Of a stretch of 64,000 nt of DNA, positions 8,580-17,400 are shown in pieces (positions within the stretch are counted from its first letter, which is position 1; the number at the start of each line of letters is the position of its first letter). A model generated the notes under the pieces. The model saw only the letters and a program-made list of their open reading frames with translations, was not told where the DNA came from and did no database searches. Position numbers and translations under genes: made by a program. The DNA is from Candidatus Saccharimonadota bacterium (lineage in GTDB: Bacteria; Patescibacteriota; Saccharimonadia; Saccharimonadales; DTSZ01). The DNA lies in NCBI GenBank assembly GCA_012965045.1, contig DTSZ01000001.1:748024-812023 (forward strand). Direction: 5' to 3'.

Positions 8580-8609
8580 TTGAATAAACTGTTTTAAGTG
8601 TGGTATGAT
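8580..8609 (+). promoter_or_regulatory. strong sigma70 promoter with extended -10, no ORF behind it
   Basis: TTGAAT (8580-8585), 18-nt spacer containing TGg (8601-8603), TATGAT (8604-8609). Confidence 0.5.
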
Positions 8610-8611
8610 TT

Positions 8612-8822
8612 CCCCTGTTCTGTCTCTGATGGCAGAAAGTACCTTGAGTAAGTTCTTGGCGTAATTTCCAAGAACAAGTTGAGTAGCTGATTGCAATCGT
8701 AAGATTAAAATCAGCTTAAAATGCGACCGTAACGATGCGCTTTTTGGTGCTTCGTTACTGGTCAATTTTGTTTGTTATTACTTCTTATAATTGAGCTCAA
8801 TTACAAAAAGGAATAACAAACC
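8612..8822 (+). ncRNA. candidate structured non-coding transcript / long leader of tRNA-Arg (unclassified)
   Basis: Consecutive perfect hairpins GTTCTTGGcgtaatttCCAAGAAC, AGCTGATTgcaatcgtaagattaaAATCAGCT and GTAACGAtgcgctttttggtgctTCGTTAC. Then a 52-nt hairpin GTTTGTTATT...AATAACAAAC (8770-8821) enclosing the 16-bp palindrome TAATTGAGCTCAATTA (8788-8803). Confidence 0.3.
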
Positions 8823-8973
8823 GCACTCATAATGTTATTTCAAGATTTTTACACAGAGGAATTCCTTTAAAATTTTATGCAGATGACTGTTTAAAAATCA
8901 TAAGAGGAGGAATGACGAACAGTTGAAGCTTTTACAATTATGTAAAACGGAAACTGTCAGTCCATTCCGATGA

Positions 8974-9050
8974 GTACCCGTAGCTCAGCTGGATAGAGCG
9001 TTGGTTTGCGGTACCAGAGGTCAGAGGTTCAAATCCTCTCGGGTACACCA
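8974..9050 (+). tRNA. tRNA-Arg (anticodon GCG)
   Basis: GTACCCG acceptor pairs with CGGGTAC; D-arm GCTCagctggataGAGC; anticodon loop ttGCGgt; T-arm AGAGGttcaaatCCTCT; encoded CCA. Confidence 0.9.
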
Positions 9051-9054
9051 AACT

Positions 9055-9086
9055 AAAAACAGTCACTTTTGTGGCTGTTTTTAGTT
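9055..9086 (+). terminator. intrinsic terminator after tRNA-Arg
   Basis: aaaaACAGTCACttttGTGGCTGTtttt with a U-tract. Confidence 0.65.
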
Positions 9087-9137
9087 TCTTCTAACAGTAA
9101 TTTATTTCTTTGATCTAGCATTTGCTACACTAAAATT

Positions 9138-9458
9138 ATGCACCAAGCTATTATTCTGTTCGCTGGCTTCTTTGTAATTATCGCCTTGATAGCAGCGCCG
9201 AAACTCAAGCTAGGCACAGCGTTTCTGTTAATGGCCTCTATTAACTTGTGGCTGAGTGATGTAGCGGGTAATAGCGGACTGGGTGGTTCGCCCAAAAGTT
9301 TTGGCTCTTTTGCAATGGTTATTGCCTGGCTAGTGGTATTTTCTGGGGGATTTCTCGCGGTGCTTGCTTTTATTGATCGCGAGAATAATCAATACAAAGT
9401 ATTCATGGCTCCACTATTAATCCTGACAGTTGTCAGTGCAATTTTTAGTGTTATTTAA
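9138..9458 (+). CDS. small multi-TM membrane protein
   Basis: 106 aa with four hydrophobic segments. Leaderless: TGcTACACT at 9123-9131, 6 nt before the ATG. Confidence 0.55.
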   Translation: MHQAIILFAGFFVIIALIAAPKLKLGTAFLLMASINLWLSDVAGNSGLGGSPKSFGSFAMVIAWLVVFSGGFLAVLAFIDRENNQYKVFMAPLLILTVVSAIFSVI

Positions 9459-9551
9459 AACCTAGTACTACATTCATCAGAAAATCTTCACCATACATTC
9501 TATTTTTTAACTTTGTAAGCTATACTTACATCAAAGCAACCAAAAATAAAT

Positions 9552-11306
9552 ATGACCCAAGAATTACATAACTATATAAAGTCACAACGCGATGCAGGTG
9601 TTGATGATTTGCAAATTAAAAAAGCTTTACTTGATGCAGGGTGGCGAATTGACTTAGTCGAGGCTGGTCTTGCGCCACCAAAAAAACAAGCTGAGACTAT
9701 CCCAGCCCCTATCCAGCCGACTGTGCGCTCTAGTATGAAAACTATTCAGCCATCTGCCGCTTTCATTAAAGAGCAACAAACAGATACTCCACCAGATGAG
9801 CCAAAAGTTAGCAGCCCAAGTCCTATTCAGCCATTGACACAGCCCACTCAAACAAAAGAACCCGCAGCAACCCAAACAATGGCGACAGCTAGCGATACTT
9901 TGGCGACTGGATTGGCTGTTGCAGCTCCATCTACTGCAGGTGATGTGTACCCAGAGCCTGTTAAGGGTGTTCGTGCGGCTCAGTTTGTTGGTGGCACCAA
10001 CGATGAGGTTACCGACAATGAGAGTGCTAATGGCGCTGACTACACTCACAATCCCCTACAGACCTTGCGGTATTCGTTCGTGTATTATTTCCAGAACTTT
10101 GCGTCACTATTAGTTTTGTCACTATTGGCCGGGGCATTTGTTTCGGGGGCAATATATCTCGCCGGCGTACTGTTTGACAACACCAGCAGAACGGACAGCG
10201 GCACACTGGAGTTCATTGTCGGGACCGGTGTTTTTATGGCTATTTTTTCTGCGGTGGTGGCTTTTATTGCGCCGTATGTGTACAAGGTTGTTGGTGGGGA
10301 TAAGGGCTCACTCGGGATGGTGTTTAAGCCACAGGCCGGGGCTTGGGTTCGAGTATTCACCGCAACCTTCCTAGTAACCATAGTTTTTTATATCTTTTAC
10401 TGGCTGCTGTTTTCAGTATTACTCGGTGATTTAAGCGGAGGCGGTTTACTCTTTTTAGTCCTAGCACTATTTTCTTTGGAGACTCAAGATATATTAATCC
10501 TGTATGGATCGTTCCTGTTGTGGTTTATGCTACAGGTGCGATTTTTAGGATTTATGTCTTTTGCAATGACCGAAGCACGCAGTTTTACTGAAGGACTACG
10601 CCTGACATTGTTTAACACCAAAAATGCATTCCTAGCGACTTTTGGAACAACAATCTTGTACGTATGGAGCTATGAACTTTTTAATTACATTAATTCGAAG
10701 TTCCCCGCGGACCAAAACTTCTTGTACCAATTGCAGCTTGATAATACGTATTTATATATAACAGCGTTAATTTTTATTATTACTATAACTTCTATGCCGC
10801 TCGTAATTGCCTATGCCTACCGCTACAGAGCGGCGCGAGCTGGCAGCAAAAATAACGATATTATCGTTACGGTAATTAATGTAGTATTGCTTGCGGCTTA
10901 TCTAGGCTTTTTTGGCTACGATCTGTACAAGGTTGTTGAAACAAATAACGAAACTAAAGAACTATATGGTTTTGATGACAGCTACGAGTCAGACTATTCC
11001 GAACTTGAATCAGACGATGACTTTAACTCCAGCTATACCCTTGGCTACACAGAAACCGAATTACGAACCGATGGCGGTGTGATATCGGCCGCGCTTGAAA
11101 GCTATGCAGCAAACAACGGCGGCGTGTATCCAGACTTTCTTACCGACCTATTGCCAGACTATCTCGATCAAAATGAATTACGTACCAATATTTACAGTTT
11201 TATATACAGCCCGCTGAGTCCAGACGGTCGGGTTTGCTTCGACGAATGTCGAGACTACAGCCTGTCGGTTTATACAGACGACTTTGAATTACTCGAAATT
11301 AAGTAG
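9552..11306 (+). CDS. polytopic membrane protein with N-terminal helical mini-domain, Pro/Thr/Gln linker and C-terminal pseudopilin-like globular domain
   Basis: 584 aa; about 8 hydrophobic helices in the centre. The C-terminal ISAALESYAANNGGVYPDFLTDLLPDYLDQ...YSFIYSP resembles the GspG/type-IV-pilin head pattern (L..Y....G.YP..L..L...YL). Confidence 0.5.
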   Translation: MTQELHNYIKSQRDAGVDDLQIKKALLDAGWRIDLVEAGLAPPKKQAETIPAPIQPTVRSSMKTIQPSAAFIKEQQTDTPPDEPKVSSPSPIQPLTQPTQTKEPAATQTMATASDTLATGLAVAAPSTAGDVYPEPVKGVRAAQFVGGTNDEVTDNESANGADYTHNPLQTLRYSFVYYFQNFASLLVLSLLAGAFVSGAIYLAGVLFDNTSRTDSGTLEFIVGTGVFMAIFSAVVAFIAPYVYKVVGGDKGSLGMVFKPQAGAWVRVFTATFLVTIVFYIFYWLLFSVLLGDLSGGGLLFLVLALFSLETQDILILYGSFLLWFMLQVRFLGFMSFAMTEARSFTEGLRLTLFNTKNAFLATFGTTILYVWSYELFNYINSKFPADQNFLYQLQLDNTYLYITALIFIITITSMPLVIAYAYRYRAARAGSKNNDIIVTVINVVLLAAYLGFFGYDLYKVVETNNETKELYGFDDSYESDYSELESDDDFNSSYTLGYTETELRTDGGVISAALESYAANNGGVYPDFLTDLLPDYLDQNELRTNIYSFIYSPLSPDGRVCFDECRDYSLSVYTDDFELLEIK

Positions 11307-11402
11307 TTCTTCCCTTCAAAAACAGTAGTAAAAAGCGTAGAATTAACACAAGCGACTTATGTGAGGCGCTTGTATTTCGTTGGATAAGCTGTTTAGGAGA
11401 AC

Positions 11403-14400
11403 ATGTCCAAACCAAAAACAAAGAAACATAACCACCCTGTGCGGCATTTTTTGACTGCAAAACTCCATGTGCAGCAATTCGCTGAACCGCTGTCAGTTCG
11501 AGAACGTATAGTTGGGGCCATTGCCCTTATTGTGGCAGTGAATGCCATTCTTGGTTACAGCGGTGTAGCTACAACTCAAAATGTCGGTGATACCCGAGCG
11601 GTTCCGGCCGGGTCATGTGGCCACGATATTGGCTGGGACTCCTCAACCAAAGCCGGTGGACTCCCGAGCCTAGACAGCACAAGTGGTGAAGCGGATTTCA
11701 CGTTTGAAAACTCAGCCGTTCTCGACCCAACCACTAATGGAGCGCTTACCTGTGGTTCCTTCGATTTCCCTCCTGACAGTCAGCTCGACCCAGCAATTGC
11801 CGTGTCGTTTGCAGTGACACAAATTCCAGAAGTTGATGAAGCTGTTGATGAAGTGGAAGAGGAAGCGGAAGTCCAGGCTACGGATGATACCCTCCAGCCC
11901 CCAGTCGAAGACCCTATTGAGCAAAACTCAAATTTTACTTATGACCTGTCATTGTTAAGCCAGGAGGTAGCGGAAACTGCTGTTCACGTAGAACCGAGCG
12001 ACGAACTGCCTGCCGACTCGCTGGCTCAACTAGAAATCAGTGGCGATAACGGCGAAAACTGGCAAGCAGTCTATGCGTTTACGTCTACTCAACAGTCAAA
12101 CTTCACTAACTCGAACTATGTATATATTTCATTGCCGCCTTCGTACTTAGAAAATACTGAAAAATTGCAGGCCCGCGTTGTTGGTTTGTCTCGAGCCGAT
12201 GCCAGCACTACCCTGCTGGTGGACAGTTTGTTTATGACATATGAAATCGGCCAACAAACGAACTTGAGCGTTGTTCAAATTGGCGAAAATGGCGACCCGC
12301 TTACTATCGATGAGCAGCTTGTTTCTACCTCTGACTCAATAGTATTCGAATTTACTACTCAAGCTCAGGATGACACTTTGGTTGATGGAGTTGGCTCTCA
12401 GTTGAACGGACTGTTTGGCCAAGACGATATTCAACCAAGCAACGTTGAGATAAAAACTCAGATCATCAACAGTAGCGGCGAAACGATTGAAGACGTTGAA
12501 ACAAACATTAGCTACAAGCAAAAAGACACCGTAGGCCGAGATGTCTGGGAGGTTGAAGTAACTGCGCCAGCTCAATTTACTCCTGGAGAGCATACGGCTC
12601 ACGTTAGCGTGAGCGATACCGATGGAGCAACCCAATCAATCGAACAAGACTTTTTGTGGGGCGTGCTGGCAATCAACACCGACAAATCAGCCTACACTAT
12701 TGGCGACAATGCCCTGTTGCAGCTAGCGGTGCTAAACGATAATGGTGAACCAGTGTGTGATGCTGAAGTTACGGTTGGAGTGTATCTAAATGACACCCAG
12801 ACTGACAGTCTGTCTACCAAGGACAACCGACTGACGGTGGCTGACAGCTGTAGTTTGTACGAGGATCATATTGAAGCTGACTACAGCGGTAAGACCCAAT
12901 TTAGCCTACCAGGAACCTATGAACTCCGAGTTCAGGCAACTACCCGCACCGGTAGCTACAGCATTGTTGAGGTTATTGAGGTAAGCGACACTCAAGACTA
13001 CAGCGTGCAGCGGACCGGTCCAACGCGTATTTACCCACCATTAACCTACCCAATGATCATTGAGGTAACAACGGCCGACGGGTTTAGCGGCACAGTGGTG
13101 GAACGAGTACCTCGTAGTTTTGAAATCGAGACTATTGATTTTGCGGAAAATTACAAATTAGTGTACACCGACGATCGCTATTCGTATATCGAATGGGACG
13201 TTACTATCGCCGCTGGTGAGTCAAAAAAGCTTGGCTATTCATTTGATGCACCAGACATTGCACCAGAATTCTTTTTAGCTGGCCCGCTTGAATTTAAATC
13301 AACTAGCGATGGCCAGCAGCCGCAACTTCTACATACCGAGCAGCGACAGTGGCAAATAGCTAGTGACGCCCTGGCGGACATTGCTATCTACCGCGAGGCT
13401 ACGGGTGCTGATGTTATTGGCACCACCGTTACCAATATAGATTGGGATACAACTACCACTCAGGGTGCCCCCTATTCGCTTCAAGCCAACACAATCGATA
13501 TTGATCTGGCTGATGCCGGACACTATTTCGTAACCTACACGCTGCCAACTCAAACCAGCAGCGGCAGCAACCGTTCAGAAATTCAATCCTGGCTTCGATT
13601 AAACGATTCAACTGACTTAGCCTACGGTCGTGGACAGGGTTATATCCGTCGTTCTGGTGGAGCGGATGAGGGCTATAATCACGGTGCGGCAATTATTGAT
13701 GTGTCGGCTGGCGATGATATACGACTGCAAGCCCAGCGGACAGATGATAACTCTGCCACCGTTGAGCGACGGGCTAATAAGTCTGGCATTAACCTAGTTA
13801 AGTTGGATGATGATTGGGATTATTTGCGATCCCGACCAACCAGTGATCAAACCATTGGCAGTACCACCAGTTTTGAAACTGTCACTTTGGCTACAGACGA
13901 CGAAATTGATTCAGCCTCATTCAGCCGCTCTGGTGGCACGATAACCATAGCTGAAGCCGGTCATTATTTAGTTACTTTCAACATCGGTGTTACACATACC
14001 GACGGCGGAATTCGTATTAACGACGAAGCGCGACTGACGCTTGATGGTACAGAAATAGACGGCACCCGTGTGAGCACCTATGTTCGTGGAACTAACAGCA
14101 CAAATGATGGCATGTTAACTTGGACGGGAATCATTGAAACCACAGCTGCTAACCAAGATCTAGTGATGGAGATCCGGCGAGAGTCTGAAGTAAACCCAGC
14201 CACCCATAACACTAAAGCAGCCGAATCCGGTATTGCGATTGCTCGTCTGCCAGATGATGGCGACTACATTCGACTTGGTGAAACTGGTGGCGGCCAAGAC
14301 CTAAGCACCTCGCGAACCAGCATAACGTGGGACGAAACACTTGAAGAAGACACCGACAGTTTTGATCACGACGCAACTAACACTGAGCGAATTAACATCG

Positions 14401-17400
14401 AAGCCAATGGTGATTATTTGTTCTTCCATTCACTGTATTCTGCGCGGCCAGAAGGCAACGCCAACCGTGAGGCTCAGTTTTTTGAGTGGCAAGCTAATGG
14501 GTTGAGTTTGTATGAATGGGGCTCTTCCGGGCAGTTTAACCGCGGTGATCAAGGGGCGTATGATGCTCGAACTGCCGGGTCATCAACGGGCTTTGTGGCC
14601 AATAGTCTGACCGACACCGACTACATTGAGTTAACCCAAATAAATGAAACAGCAAATGCGACATCGACCTACCAGGCCGACAGAATGGGCGTGCAAGCTG
14701 TTCAATTGCAAAGTCTTATTGCGCCAGGAACACCGATTATGTCCCAAACTCACTTTCGGTGGCGCGACGACACAACCGACTTAAATTCAAGCGGTGGATA
14801 TTTAGCAGCCGAAGACTCGAATGCAATTTCTAGTATCGAAAAAAATACCAATTATCGGTTGCGTATTGCCGCAGCCAATACTGGCACCGGTGTTGATACA
14901 GTGGCCCGTAGCTATGAATTACAATTTGGAAGAATTACAAGTTCCGAGGCTACGTGTAGCGCTATTACGACCTGGACTGGCTTAAATGACAGTGCGACTG
15001 ACGCTTTTGAAATAGCCGAAACGCCGTATATATCACCAGATGGAGAAGCTACCAATCCAGCCTTACTTGCTAATAGCGAAGCCTATACCTACGTGTTTGG
15101 AGAAGGTCGCGAGTCGGCCGACACCACCGGCACAATCGGCCCCCTAAATGCGGCAACCTACACCGAGCTAGAATACAGTATTGAAGCAACCGACGAAGCA
15201 ATTCCGGCTAGCCAGTATTGTTTTAGGTTATTCGATGCAAATAACACCCAGGCTCTAACGAGCTACGTAACCTTCCCGACGGTCACGGTCGCAAGTGTTG
15301 CTGTTCCAGCTGGCTTGGGTGAGGCCGGCACCTTTACTAGTGCTGTCGATGGTGGTTGGACAACTGTTAATTTCATAGACAGCTATACAACTCCGGTGGT
15401 TGTCGGCAACAGCAACAGCCACAACGGACAAGCTGCATTAGTATTTGAAGCGCGGAACGTAACCAGCACTTCGGCCGACATGCGAGTGTGTGAGTCCGAG
15501 GGCTCATCCAGTAATGGGTGTGACACTCATGCTGCTGAAACAGTTGGCTATTTAGTGATCGACGCTGCAGAAACTGGAAACTACAGTGGGATCGAAGCTG
15601 GGACATTTAGTGTTAATGGAGACTTTACCACCACCACATCAAGCCCAACCTACGTCGACACCTACTCCACTGCCCCGTATGTATTTGCCAATGTAAATAC
15701 CGTAAACGACACCGAAGTCCCGATTGAGGTGGTGGTCACAACGACATCTACCACTGGTTTCACGGCCGGTATTTGTGACCACAGCCAAACAAATTCTGAT
15801 GCTTGTGACAATCATGGCAGCAATGAAACAGTTGGCTGGGTAGCAATTGACCCAAGCAATAGTCCATTTGATGTCACGAGCGACATCGGGCTGGTAAGTA
15901 TAGGCAATAGTACCTGGACTAACGTGTCATTTACGAGCGGATTTGATGATGTGCCGTCGGTGATTGTAGAATCGCAGACTGATACCGGTGCGCAAAATGT
16001 AGAAATTAATGAAGCCCGCAGTGTGAGCGTTGCAGGTGCCGATGTGCGTTTTTGTGAGATCGACACTCTTGATAGTTGCGACACTCACTCTGCTGACGAC
16101 GTTGCATGGGTGGCGATTGAGCAAGACACTTTTCATAACGTTGCTCTAAATCAAGACACCTACCGCTGGTATGCTAATGCAAACTCCACCACCCCTGGTG
16201 CGGCATTATCGAGTGAAAACACTGCTGCGTCTGGAGTGGCCGACGGCGGCATAGTTAGGTTGCGCATGGCTGTACAGGCTGGTACCGACATTGCGGTTAA
16301 CGACATTGATTTCACTTTGCAGTACGGTGCCGGCGAAGATTGTAGTCTAATTGGTAGCTGGACAGATGTTGGCGGTTTGGGTAGCGGCAGCATTTGGCGT
16401 GGCTATAATAACGGCAGTCCAGCTGACGAAACAACTCTACCAACTTCACTGTTAAACGGCGGGGGCAATCAACTACAAACCTATGAAGAAGAAAACGATT
16501 CTGCAACTAACCCTACGGCAATAGCTACTGGTCAACGCGGTGAGTGGGACTGGGTGTTAGAAAATAACGGCGCTACTGAGTCGACCAACTATTGTTTTAG
16601 AATGGTCGGCAGCGGTGGCGACCCTATTCAATATAGCCGCTATGCTGAGCTAATTACGGAAGCTATCCCAAGCAGTTTTTATGTTGAGCGCGCTAATCAA
16701 TGGACAACTGGGTCAACCAGTACTTGGCAGGATATTAATCTATCGAACGCTCCATACAACGTTCCGGCTAATTCGGCTGTAGAAATAACCATTATGAATG
16801 CAGATGCCAGCGATAGCTCCACGGCTGGTGTTCGGCAAAACGGCTCTAGTTTGAGTCGATTTACAAACTTACACGAAGCCGAGGGGGGTGGTTTCTTCGG
16901 AAGCCAGGGAAACGCGGTAATCACTATGCATGTACAAACGGATGCAACAGGAGTCATTGAGTATTACACCGATAATCCAGGTGAGACAACTTTTATGCTT
17001 GATGGCTACTGGGAGAGCGGTAGTTATGTTGAGGGTTGGAGCAACTTTACAGCAGGTGCAAGCAACACCTGGCAAGATGTTGATTTATCAGGGTTTCCTT
17101 ACGACGTACCAGTGAATCGTGTAATAGAAATCGTAGGCCAGAACGGAGAGGATGGAGCTGAAAATCAAATTGGTGTTCGAAGAAACAACTCAAGCTTAAG
17201 TAGAATAGTCGATGTTCAAGAGGCAGAAAATCCAGCCGACAGCTTTACTACCGTTACTTTCTTTACTCAAGCTGATCAAAATAGTCTAATTGAGGTATTT
17301 GCTGAGGATAATTCGAATGTTAATTTTTACTATGCTGGTTATTGGGACATACCGCCAGGCTATTACAACGAACTCGCCACAACCATAACAAACCCAACAA

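Noticed and set aside
8556-8765. 69-aa minus-strand ORF in the 8.6-kb intergenic region
   Set aside because: It has no SD or promoter, it converges head-on with the strong plus-strand promoter at 8580-8609, and the region is better explained by stacked RNA hairpins.
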